Assembly (NCBI GenBank): GCA_035084275.1
Contig: CM068748.1
Coordinates: 13,082,001-13,146,000, forward strand
Length of the DNA: 64,000 bases
Reading direction: 5' to 3'
From: Hydrolagus colliei
Taxonomy: Eukaryota
Part shown: piece after piece, positions 1 through 11,560 of the stretch
How positions within the stretch are numbered: position 1 is the first letter of the stretch
Layout: every line of letters starts with the position of its first letter
The notes under the pieces: model-generated
What the model saw: the letters and a program-made list of their open reading frames with translations, nothing else
Told to the model about the DNA's origin: nothing
Database searches by the model: none
Made by a program: the position numbers and the translations under genes

Positions 1-98
1 TCAGTGAAAAAAATTGGTCATTTCAATCCATGACTGTTTGTGGCACACTGCTGTGCACAATTGGCTGCTGCATTTCGCCCACAAATATATAGTCAATT
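1..98 (+). mobile_element. Partial short tRNA-derived SINE (family A), central/3' part
   Basis: CAATCCATGACTGTTTGTGGCACACTGCTGTGCACAATTGGCTGC...CACAAATATATAGTCAATT matches the body of the full copies at 893-1217 and 43963-44269. Confidence 0.85.
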
Positions 99-299
99 TG
101 TGGTTCTGTGTTACTGGAGCTACAGAATTTGATGCATAGTGTAGAACACATTCCACCACACTAACAAGTTAAGACATGAACAGCGATTCCTAGTCAAGCA
201 CCTCCCAAATAAGTTCAACACAAGCTAGTGGAACTACAACCACATCGCTTCATAGCATGAAGTCCCACAGCAACAGGTTTATGTCAGAAGACAAAGTCT

Positions 300-620
300 A
301 CAAGATCACACAGACACCTCTGCCCATTTGATCTCATCTTCCAAAATACCCACCCGACCAACTTCACAATACAATACATCATACAGTTTCATAAATCAGC
401 AGCTGCTCTCTATATAAAGCAATATTTCTTGATGTCAATCCTGAAATTGCACTTCATTTACGGAAACTGTGTCCCTTTCTCTTCCCTCCTTGTGTGTCGG
501 AAAGTACTGTTCGGACATGACTTTCTCAATCCTGTTAAGGTTCCTTTCCGAGACATTTCCTTTCAAGGCTGAAGAGCCCCAGGCTTCCCACTTGTTCCTC
601 ATAGATCATGTTTCTAACAA
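300..620 (-). mobile_element. Degenerate CR1 LINE 3' fragment
   Basis: Reverse strand reads MIYEEQVGSLGLFSLERK, similar to the CR1 ORF2 C-terminus (LSYEERL..LGLFSLE.R). The tail CCCATTTGATCTCATC also occurs at 55968. Confidence 0.7.
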
Positions 621-649
621 TGGGAGTGACATACAACAGTCCTTGCTCC

Positions 650-846
650 TAATATAGTGCCATATCATATCATTGAAATGTCCAACCATGTGCCACAGGA
701 TTTACTATAAATTGTAATGATGGTGCATTTGTGGGCAACATGGCAGTCAATTTGTGTACATCGATGTCCCACAAACAGGCAGGAAAGGAATGAATAATTT
801 TATTTGGAGCATCATTGTCAAGGAAACTTGGAGAAAGTACTCTCTC
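650..846 (-). mobile_element. Old Deu-domain SINE 3' fragment
   Basis: ACATGGCAGTCAATTTGTGTACA..TGTCCCACAAACAG resembles the shared SINE body on the minus strand. Confidence 0.65.
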
Positions 847-892
847 AACAGGAGAAAAAGTAAAACCACCATCACCAAGAGGAAATGCACTT

Positions 893-1217
893 AACAATAA
901 TAATGATAATAATCCTTGCGTTTGATATAGCGACTTATCACATCTTCTATGCATCTCAAAGTGTCTCACAGAATATACTGTAAAGTGAATTGACTGTATA
1001 TTTGTGGGCAAAACACAGCAACCAATTGCGCACAGCAGTAAGCCACAAACAGTCATGGATTGATTTTTCAGTGATTATTATCAGGCATGTGGAGTAAGGA
1101 AACTTGCCCAGGATTTTCGACCCGCCTGGGAATTGAACCCAGGTCTCTCGCTTGTAAGGCGGGAGACCTGGATTCAATTCCCAGAGCAGGTTGAACCACT
1201 GAGCTACAGGACTCCAC
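893..1217 (-). mobile_element. Full-length short tRNA-derived SINE (family A)
   Basis: Minus strand starts GTGGAGTCCTGTAGCTCAGTGG (A box), has GGTTCAATTCC (B box), a Deu-like body, an L2-like 3' end and an (ATT)n tail. The head segment is duplicated internally. Confidence 0.92.
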
Positions 1218-4200
1218 TTTCCTACAGGATTTAAGGAAGTAAGATAAAACAAAAAGAACAAATGAAAACAATGATAACTTACTGTTAGTTACTTCTACTC
1301 CTGGAAAATCCATGAAAATAAATACTATTTCCAATGCAACTTACATGAAGGGTAACAAAAGCAGACAGGAAGCTTCTTTGTTCCCAGAGTTTTTAAAAAC
1401 TATTTTGAGCAATATTTTGCTTTAAGTATCGGACCCGTCCTGTTAGTTTAACATTCAAGTGACAAACAAGTTTCTTTTAAAACAAAACTTTGACTTTATT
1501 CGTGGTTCTATTCCTCCTGTAGCATCCGAGTTACTGTTGATGAGAGAATAACATCATCTGAGCATTCGGAGATCATTCTGAGTAATTAAGCAATTTGTAA
1601 CATCTCAAGAAACCTCAGCTCGTAAGTCCTGGTCACTTATGCTCCAAGCCTAAAGAAGGATGGTGCTGAATCTTTATCTCTAGTCAAATCCTAATGAAAC
1701 CCTTCCGAATGCATCAAGATAATTATAAAGCAATAGGATAAATTAATCTCTGTGTAACTTGGAGGTCGTTTTAACCAAACAACACTGTGTGGGATCAGAA
1801 CACATTAGTTGGTCTGTTACCTTCTAAATCTTTTTGATTAATAATACATGGGGGTCAGAGGGCTGTTTCTGTAAGAGGTCAATGCAGGTTATTTTATAAG
1901 CAACCGGGCTGTTCTAGTTTGCAGATGATCTATTGCAGGCATACGACACCACCTTCCCCGAAGCTCCTTTTTGGTCGATGTATGAACCAGGATGCTGTAG
2001 GTTGCCACTTGATCCAAGTTCCTACCTTATTTTTCATCCTGCTGTCTTGTCCTCCAAGTTGCAAAACTCTTGTTGCACTGAATATGTGCAAATTGGCCAC
2101 AATTACCTCAAGGTGGTGATATTTAAGGTCACCTTGGAACGTGAATAATGTGCTCGCACATCCTAGCTCTTTTTCTACCCCTGGTGATCACTTTGAAATG
2201 TCATTCATTCAGACTGGTAATTTATGCATCAGTGGTTGCAAGTTGCTTTCAACACAAAACATGTTTCCACAGTGAAAGAACAAAATCACAAAGTTCTGTA
2301 ACCTACTCCAGTACTGTATTAACTTTAACACAATATTTAAAACAAACGTGCAATTTAGCATGAACAAGTAGAGAACTTTGTTACCACACATCTAAATGTA
2401 ACACAGGCTCACTTATAAAATGGACATACAGTACAGTATTTTGTTCCCTGAATATCAAAATCCTGCTAGTGGAGTTCTCTTGAAAAGATAAGGGAGTTGT
2501 TTGCCCCCAATGTCCTGGCCAACAATAATATTGATCCTTCCCTCGTTTGTTCACCAACAAAACATAATTAACACACCTTGCAGAAAACTCTGAACCATTT
2601 TGAGGAATTATGTTGTCCTTAACATACAACATCAAATGCATTAGTATTTATTTTTAAACCTTTAAGTAAATGTTTACAGTTTCAGTTTTCAAAAGAATGC
2701 CTACTAGCTTGTTTTAATCATCGTTTACATATTTGATTCTAAAGTCCATAATATTTTAGATTAATTAACAATTAGCATTCAGTAGTTTGACATTAATGTG
2801 CAGTACAGGATAGACTCGAGGCAGTAAACTCACACTACCAGCATTCTGCACAGATTGTGGTATAGCTGCACACAGTGGGGAGTTGACTTTTTAACAGTGA
2901 TCAAGAAGTCAAAACTATGTGAGACCCTGTTATACTGCCATTATATTTCTCACGTTACAACTGACCCACCAACTCTTCTCCTGCCTCTGAAACTTGCACC
3001 AGCAGTCAAGAGACCGAGTTGACCATGTGAGTTTATAAGATGACTTTGTAGAGGCTTGCATTATGCCATGTTGCTTGTCCAGCTGCATGTTAAAGGTGCA
3101 CTATAGGGAAAGACAAGGGAGTTTTCTCATGGTGTCCTGGCCGACAATTATCCAGAGGGAAAAAAAATGGTCATTCCCTTGGCTACTGAATTTGTCTACA
3201 AATAGTTACAACACAGTAAAGCGCTTGAAGATGTCATCCTGCCATGAACGGTACTATATCAAACACAAGTATTATTATACAATCTGATACAGGAAAGCAA
3301 GTGAATCTCCCCAGAGTTCTCTGCTCACACTGTATTGAAATGTTCTGTGCCTTGAGGGTTACAGAATGCAAGGGTGCAACTGCAGTTCTGCACTGATTTT
3401 TCTGAAATTGAGTCCCTCTACACTTGTACAAGTGGACCCATCTCTTTCTCTGGGGATTTCTGGACTTCAGCTTGTAATATTTCACTATTGGTATTGCTCA
3501 AATTATCCTTTTGGCCTCTAAACACTAAAAGGGCACATTTTATGAATATTTATATTCTCTGCAGTAGAGCTGAGAATACACCATTGGAGCAATTCTACCT
3601 GCAGGCTACATTCTGCCCTATACATTTATTTTGCATTTGCCTCAGTTTGTTGGTAAGATGTCCGTAATTTTTTTTATCAATTGACCTTATTCATCAACAT
3701 TTTCAATAGTACCAGGACAGTTTTGTGAGGTCATTTTAAAAAAAAGTAGTTTCAAGAATACAATGTCTGTCCTCTTCAGTGGCATATCACTGATAAATAT
3801 TTTAGTGGTTCTGTATTGTTGCCAATTACCTTGCAAACATTTGACTGCAAGACACAGTTGTGCTAAAGATATAATTTTCAACATACACTTGACAAAATTG
3901 TTCTGTGTCTGCTTTTGCAGCAGGTTATAACATGTAGCAGCAAAGTCAGGCTGGGGAAAGTACAACTTCACTGGAACTGTCTTTTCTTTCAACAGATTTG
4001 CAATTTATCAGGTGGTTTTCATCAACACTGCATGAAACTTACACAGTGGTCCAACTTCTCACTTTTCGAAAAGGTCACTTCATTCTGCATGCTCAGATTT
4101 TTTGTTTTAACGTTCAGAGAGAGTTGCTATATACATTATAAAAAACAAAACTTCAGTTCCATATTTATTGAAACATCCAGATCTGTGGGATGGAAAGGTT

Positions 4201-4264
4201 CAGTGGAGTATAGTTCCAATGCTGTGTGGCACATTCTTTTCTATGCAACATGCCATTAGAGGGT

Positions 4265-4562
4265 TCAGCCAGAGGATCGCAATCAAGATCCTTGTTCTCA
4301 CCCGTAAAACCCTCCTTAGTCTTGCTCTAATCGAACTGTGTGATTTACAAAAACTTCACAAACCTTTCTACTCCTTCTGCTCTGCAGGTGCTGGGCTGCT
4401 CCACATCTCTTGCTCTGTCTGGCCAGACCTTCAGCCTTTCTGTTCCCACCCTTTGGATCCTGTAACTCCTCATCCACCCTCTGGATCCTGTAACTCCTCA
4501 TCCTTACCACTTGCCTCCTTCAATGCCAAGATCTTCTTTTTCACCCATTGTTTTGGTTATCT
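4265..4562 (+). mobile_element. L2 LINE 3' fragment containing a 28-bp tandem duplication
   Basis: QRIAIKILVLTRKTL resembles the L2 ORF2 motif RI.FKIL.LT.KAL; CCACCCT(T/C)TGGATCCTGTAACTCCTCAT is repeated at 4446-4473 and 4474-4501. Confidence 0.7.
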
Positions 4563-5099
4563 ATTATAGGATGATGTCTCCTGAATAATGTTTTTAAACC
4601 ATAATTAACCACTGATCTCAATTGATTGAGAACTTATTTAATATCTTGTTTCTCCTGATTGAATTAAAGCAACAACAACAACATTACACTTATAGAGCAC
4701 CTTTCACGTCGGGAGGGAGTCCCAAGGTGCTAAAGCAAAATATAATGCAGGTTTAAGGTACTGTGATTGCAAAACAATTCACAATTGACCCACCTTCAAA
4801 AACCACAATGAGAGAATAATTTATCATTACTCCTGTATAAATGCAATTGGTACAAATTAGTTTAGTTCCCTTTAAAATCTGATCCTTTAAGTCAAAAAAA
4901 CTTTTCAATTTCAATGTTAAAGAGGTCTGTCATGCTTAATCTGCATGCACAGCGTTCTCCTCAGCTCTCAGAACAGCCCGATTTTGAAACAGAAACATAA
5001 ATCAGACTTCCCAATCATAATCACTTCATCTGAGCTGTTATCACATTCAGCAGTGTGGACCAATAGACAAATATACCAAAGGACATAATGGTTTTGTCA

Positions 5100-5285
5100 G
5101 TTGAATTGACGATATATATGTGGGAGAAAGGCAGCAGCCAGTTGCGCACAACCGTGTCCCACAAACAGTCATGGATTGAATTTACCAATTTATTATTGTT
5201 TTATTTTGAGGGATTATTATTAGGCATGTGGAGTAAGGAAACTTGCCCAAAGTTTCGCCCTGCCTGGTATTGAACCCAGTTCTCA
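5100..5285 (-). mobile_element. Partial family A SINE
   Basis: GGCATGTGGAGTAAGGAAACTTGCCCA and GTCCCACAAACAGTCATGGATTGA are shared with the full copies. Confidence 0.88.
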
Positions 5286-7959
5286 GATCCCAGATTGTCT
5301 TTGCCTCAATCATTAAATATGACCATGAGGACACTCGTGAGATTTTTTCATAAAAACATGTAGTTTTTTTATTTCATGTATAAAGAACTTCTACTTTTAC
5401 AGTCTTCATTCAACACTGTGTAAAGCTAATGCTGCAGTAATGTGACCTACCATTACCTAATGTCAGCATCACTTTAGACTGCTAGGAATGGATAAAATGA
5501 TTTTGGATCAGGTGAAAGATTTGATTTATTTTAAATCCAAATTGTTCCTTCATCATTCCTGTTCTTTAAACTTCACAAATAGGCTTAGAGTACCAGTATT
5601 CATTGTAAGCTTTCATTCATGCAGTGGTTCCATTAGCATTAAATGATTAATTCAATAAGTGCAGATAAAATAAAAAATAAGATGCCAATGATTCAAACAC
5701 AACACTCACTACTATTGATGCCAATCACTACTAAATATTGAAGAAATCACTGCATCCCTATACATTATGTGAATGCAGTTGGGTTCCTTTCAATCAAAAA
5801 GTTCCTATACTAATAGCTTGAGTCATTCCTGTGTGAAAATTAGAGTAATTGATATTAGCTGGGTCAATCAAAATGGAAATGATTGTTTTTGTCAAATAAG
5901 GCAATCTTATTAATTACACTGACGTACTCTACAAATTAAGTTATTTAGATAATCTTTTGGGAATAACTGGTCTGCATATTGTACAGGTATAACTATTTTA
6001 GGAAAGGGCTGTCCTTTGACAACATTATCAACAATACAGAAGCAAGATGCTCAATTGGGCACTGCTCCAAGATTGCAAGTCAAACCATTTCATTACAATG
6101 GTTTCAACTTGGCTTGTTTCGTGGATAAATGGCGTTATTTAGGAATTCCAACTTACCCTTCTCCAAAAGAGTATGGTGCAGTTTGATAGGTGATTTTTTT
6201 TGGCAAGTGCCATTTTCCAATATAATGTTGTAGAGGGTGATTCCAACAGCCACCAGAAGTGATTTATATCAATGTCTCACCAATTGGATGCAAGTCACGA
6301 TCACAATTGGTCAGACATGCAAATTTCAAACTTAATATGCTGCAAATTTGTAACAGCAAAATAAAAATGGTTATAATACCCAAATAACACTGCACACATC
6401 AAGAAACTATTCTGTAAATATGTCCAGTAATGTGAGCAATGAGAAAAAAGTAATTTGGTTCGTTGATTTTCTTTAAACTCTACATAATTTTCCTATCACA
6501 GGCTCCATCTAAATTATTTGATCACTGGAGAGGGGTGACTAAGCACAGGTAAGCCTATAACATTTCTCTGTGCTCCCAGAGGTAATTTAACAAAACTCCA
6601 GGAAATCAATAACCTTACAAACCATATTATTCAATCTCAACTGGTTTCATGAAGCAGATAACAGTTACAAGCAACATAGAAACTAAAATGCTCTACATAG
6701 TGTTTGATCATCCGTGTGTATACTTAACCAGATACTTATTTAGCTTGTTTAATAACAATGTATCAATGTGCTGGTATCATTAATTGTTTTTTTTAACTAA
6801 GAATCTATCCTACTCAGGAAAAGAAACATTTATTCCACTTGAATTATCACAGAAGGCAAAGTTTGCAAACATTGGTATGTTGATAATGCAATACAATACA
6901 ATATTTACCCAGTCTATTATATAATACAATTTACAATACAATTTTCTTTTATACAGTGCCTTTCACATTGAAAGGATGTCTCAAAATGTTATGTCAGTGC
7001 AAGTCTGACCAAAAGACCTTCACAAATACTTCTGTTCTGATCCTGTACAATTAAGCTATTATTCACTCCACCATAGCAAAGCATCATTCAACAAGATCTG
7101 AACATCAGGATCTTTTTCACGTAGTCTCAGAATTGTGAAAACTTTTCAAATCATTCTTCTTTTGTCAACTAAGTCAAGAATTTGAAAATGATTGCTTTCC
7201 ATCTACATATATGACAAAGCAATCAATCATAAGTTGCGTATATATAATAAATGTCAAGCACTGTGTTAAATAAGGTACAATTCATTCATGACAAAGATGA
7301 AGGGAAGCATTTTAGGACAAACCATGATTATTGGAGCCCATCAATCAGACAAATAGCTTTGTTTCTTTCCTGGTAGTCTAAAACTAGGGGTATCATAAGC
7401 AAACTGGATACAGTTGTGACATACAAATTTCATTAGCATGCAATGTGTAGCCTGGTACACATGGAGTTGCCTTGTATTGTTTGAGTCCAGTTATAGTTTA
7501 TCACATGCGGGCAGAACATATCCATCATGGATTCCTTCTACCATATGTCTAAAGCACTTTGATGACAAATTTGCCTGAATTTGCACTGAAAAAAATGAAG
7601 CCAAAGCAAAGATAATTTGCCTAAAAACAAACACTGGCTAACTGTGGATTGGATTCAGTAGAACTTTTTTTAAAAAACATTAAGCACACAACACTGAATC
7701 CTAAAGCTTCGAAAAAAAATTGATAAATGATAGGATTTTTTTATATCATGAAGGGTTAATCATTTGAGGAATTAAAGAAAAAAACATTTGTTTTTAAAAT
7801 GAGGTTTTCCATTTTGGATGTGTGTTATAGCTCTTTTCCTGGAACTGGCTTGCTGATTCAGTGAGTGCCAGAGTTCACCTGCCTAAATTTAAACACATAA
7901 CAATATTTCATGTGCTCACAAGTGAGTGTGGCCAATTGATCCAGGATGAATGATTGAGG

Positions 7960-8142
7960 GAGGGATAAGGGGTTGGAGTTAGTTTCAGCAACCTTAGGCA
8001 GTTGCATAGAAAGAGTGGTGGAGGCCAGGTCATTGGACATTGGAAATAGTTCAATACTGCAAAGGAGGCTGACAGGGTTTGGTATTCTAGAAGCGTTAGA
8101 TCAAATGGGTCAATGGGCCTTCTTCATCCAAATTGATCTTCT
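7960..8142 (+). mobile_element. CR1 LINE 3' end fragment
   Basis: AGAGTGGTGGAGGCCAGGTCATTGG...GATCAAATGGGTCAATGGGCCTTCTTCATCCAAATTGATCTT; same tail family as 45015-45150 and 55938-56095. Confidence 0.65.
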
Positions 8143-10443
8143 GTGGAAGACTGGACAGAATTGATCGGGAATGATTATGAAAGACTGTTGGTGATTTGGG
8201 AAGATCATGTGACAAAATGCAACTGTGAAAAGCATAGAGTAAACTAACGTAAAACAGAAGACTGACTGACAGCCAAGACTATTCTACCTGGGGGTATTTG
8301 GAATGAACTCCATGAGCATTGCTTGAAGAAACAGTAATTGAGATGTGATGCAACCTAACTCAATGATATCAAATATCAGTGCTAGGCTCACATGTTCCCA
8401 AGACAAAGAAAATAGCTGCAACACTATCATACTTTTTATTAAACATAGAAAACATAGCATCAATGAAAATTTTCATCCAATTTTCACTAGTGGAGCTTAT
8501 TCATTGCCATCTCAATATGTTCCACTGCAAAAAGAAACTGGAAAGCAAAGAGGGTTCCACTTACTAACCCAACACAAATATGATTTATATCATCTTTTCC
8601 TTCTTTGACCAGAGGGTTTCTATAGGAAGGAAATGTTGCAAATCTCCTCCAATCCCACTCCACCTCAATACTTAAAAATATTACTCAAAAATCCACATTA
8701 AAGTTTAAAATAGATTAAGAAGATTCTCATACGTCTCTTCAGATAGATTCCTAGCTGCCAAGTTCTTGAACTGCCTCGTCTGTTAGATACTAATTTGTTT
8801 TTCCTATGATAGTTACTGCCTCGATTCTGAAGCAGAAGGTGTTATAATTAGCTGCTGGGAACTCAATGATGCCAAGCTCCACTTTGGGACTGTACTAAAT
8901 TAGTTGAATTATCTGGGAAACCCCACCGCTTATTCATTAAGTCACTTGCTGCTATTCTTGATGAGACTCTGGAGCGGGCCTGATCTAGCATGGAGACAAA
9001 TAAAACTAATTGACCATACTGGCACACGACACATTGCTGGAAGGTTTTCGTTTTTTTTTCCTTTAATTCTTCAGCCTAATAATTGAGGACTATACCAGGG
9101 CTCACTGAATAATAATGAATTCACCCAATTTCCTGTCAATCAAGTGACAAAGGTATGAATTACACACTTGCTCCCGGTGCTTGTGGTTCGGTGGGAAACT
9201 CACTCAAAACGATGGTGTCAGTTTGGCTTCAATACCTGAGGTATTTTTGTTTTATGCATGATGCTTGAAGATGAGCACTGACCTGCTTCTACGACTCTAA
9301 ATGATGGACAGGACATCAGCATAGAATTATATTCTTTCATTGCAGAGGAACTCATCTGATTGAAAGACTGCTGCTGGAATATTACATATCAAAGCTTGGC
9401 CTTTAGGAATGCATTAAAAAAAATCAACCTACATTAAGTTGGCCTAATTGTAGACATTCAATGCAACTAAGCTCCAGAAAGCAACAAATATGTACAGTCC
9501 TTTCAAGATTATTTTGGTACCTTCTCTAAATATTACAATGTCCAAAGTTATTTGTGAATGCTTATTTTAAACTGGATTATTTCAGAACAAAGGATTTTCT
9601 AGGACTCAGGAGATGCCAAATTGGCTTTAAAAATTGTAAAAACATTTTCATATGAACACCAAGCTGTAAAAATAGCTGCCGCATTTTAGAATATTATGTC
9701 ATTTAATCCATAGTTTGAGACTGTAACCTGAGCAAAGTTGCTCTCCTGCTGAATGTTGAAAACAACTCAAACTGTGCATTGGCACTCAAAAGGAATAAGC
9801 AGAAATTGTAACCATAGCAACTCAAACCAAATAACCACTGCTGAACTTTCTGTGGTATTGATATTAAAATGAAAGAATGCAATCCTCGTCAGATCAATCC
9901 AGATCTCCACATAGCACCCATTGCCATGGCACCCATTAACAAATTCTGAAACTAAAGTGTGTTTGTCACATAAATAGCATACTGTGTAGGAAACAGTTGA
10001 ATACGTTTAATCGAATGTCAATTTGTGAATCATACAATATTCTTCATTGAACAAACCATTCTTTATAGTCTCCCACATCAAGATTTCACAGCAAACCAGC
10101 CAGACTTGGCCCACACTCCAGAAACAGCAGATATAAGCCCTTCAGGCTTCACTTAATGTATCTGATGTCAGTTGGGATTTAGAAGTTCTCATCCCTATAC
10201 ACAGAAGTAACAAGGGGAATGCAATTACAACCATGGTTAGGAAGTTAGATTGAAAATCTATTAATTGATAATAAAAAAATGATGTGCATTTTAGCCTAGA
10301 GCAACAGCAGCACATTTTTCTTTCTTCCTAAAAATAGACGGTGTTTCAAACCAGCATCAGCCTGTGCTGAAAACTACAGGTTCATTTTTTCCATTTAAAA
10401 AAAAACGAAATTTGCAGATGAAAATGTTGCCACTGATTTCTTG

Positions 10444-10858
10444 AACAACAGCTTGCATTTATAGAGCCAGACAGCGTCTCAGAGAGCTTCACAATAGCAG
10501 AGCCCGGGGCCGAGCCAGGGGAAGGGGAAAGGTGACCGTAGGCGCGGTCGAACAGAAAGGTCTTCAGGTGCAACCCTAAAATGGAAAAGTAGGGAGTGAG
10601 GTGAAGGATTGAGGGAGGGAGTTCCAGAGTTTCGGGGTATATTGGCTGAAGCCACAGCAGCCGATGGCGGAGTGGAGGATTGGGGGAGTCAAGGAGAAGG
10701 CCAGATCGAGTAGAGCAGAGGCGGTGGGTACTGCTGTGAGGAGAGATGAGGTTAGAGAGGTGCAGAGGAGTGGAGGGATTGAGGATCCTGAAGTCAATCC
10801 ACTTTGTGACAGAAAGACAGCGAAGTCTGGCGAGGACCGGGGTAATTGGGGAGGGATC
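10444..10858 (-). mobile_element. L2 LINE 3' fragment (decayed ORF2 end, 3'UTR and (TTG)n tail)
   Basis: Translations SPITPVLARLRCLSVTKWIDFRIL, FSQYTPKLWNSLP and LKTFLFDRAY match L2 ORF2 C-terminal motifs; ends ATAAATGCAAGCTGTTGTT. Confidence 0.9.
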
Positions 10859-10930
10859 AATAATAATAATCCTCATGGTTGATATAGCACCTTTCAGCTC
10901 AGGAGGATATCTCAAAGCACTTCACAGGAT
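10859..10930 (-). mobile_element. SINE 3' tail abutting the L2 fragment
   Basis: AATAATAATAATCCT..TTGATATAGCACCTTTCA..TCTCAAAGCACTTCACAG matches the family tail. Confidence 0.75.
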
Positions 10931-11164
10931 AACAATAATATTTTGTATGTAAACTTGGGATGTTATGGCAATAATTCTCAAGGAGAAGGTAATATGAAAA
11001 CTATTGGTAGTAGTAAGTGGGATCCCTTGCCAGAAACCCAAGTGAATGTGATAGATGCACTTTGACCAGGGACAAAACATTGTTTACTTCACGGTCAGAG
11101 CTCAATTTGTTTTCAGACATTTATAGAGAAGGGAGTGATTTTTTTTCTTAAGGTTTTCATTTAA

Positions 11165-11560
11165 TAAGAAGAATCCGTGCATTTGATATAGTCAAGAAGA
11201 TCTCAGAAAGTGCTTAATATAAATTGCTGTAGAGTATAGTAACAGTACTTCTGTAAGCAAACCACAATGTCCTACAAATAACAATGAAGTGAATGATTCA
11301 TTTCATCTGGGGAATTGTTGGCACTGGGAGAAATTCCCTTCTCTTTGTGGATAGCCATGGGATTTTTATTAACAAACTGAACAGGAAGATTAGTTTTTGG
11401 TTTCTTCAGTTTTAATGTCTCATGTGAAGGAAGGCACCTTCATCAACGGACCACATCCCATCACTGCACTGGAGTATCATAAATATTTTACGAGTTCTAA
11501 TTCCCATGGAGAGGCTTTAACCCATAGTGTTCTGAATCAGTGCTAACAACTGAGTCAAGG
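11165..11560 (-). mobile_element. Long Deu-domain SINE (SacSINE1/AmnSINE1-like, family B)
   Basis: GCCATGGGATTTTT...TTTAATGTCTCATGTGAAGGAAGGCACC...ACTGCACTGGAGT and the head GTGCTAACAACTGAGTC match the recalled DeuSINE consensus. Confidence 0.75.

Noticed and set aside
1130-1217. tRNA-like sequences here and at about 20370-20437, 23500-23569, 43963-44030 and 48530-48598
   Set aside because: They are SINE heads attached to the SINE body and tail, not stand-alone tRNA genes.
6151-6345. Minus-strand exon candidate with GTAAGT donor and TTTGCAG acceptor
   Set aside because: All three frames contain stop codons between the sites.
9299-9361. C/D box snoRNA-like ATGATG...CTGA
   Set aside because: The C box is imperfect (TGATGG), the terminal stem is minimal and I recognise no guide sequence.
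10382-10915. 177-aa ORF (and the 188-aa ORF at 30144-30710) as host genes
   Set aside because: Both are frameshifted L2 ORF2 remnants running into SINE or 3'UTR sequence.
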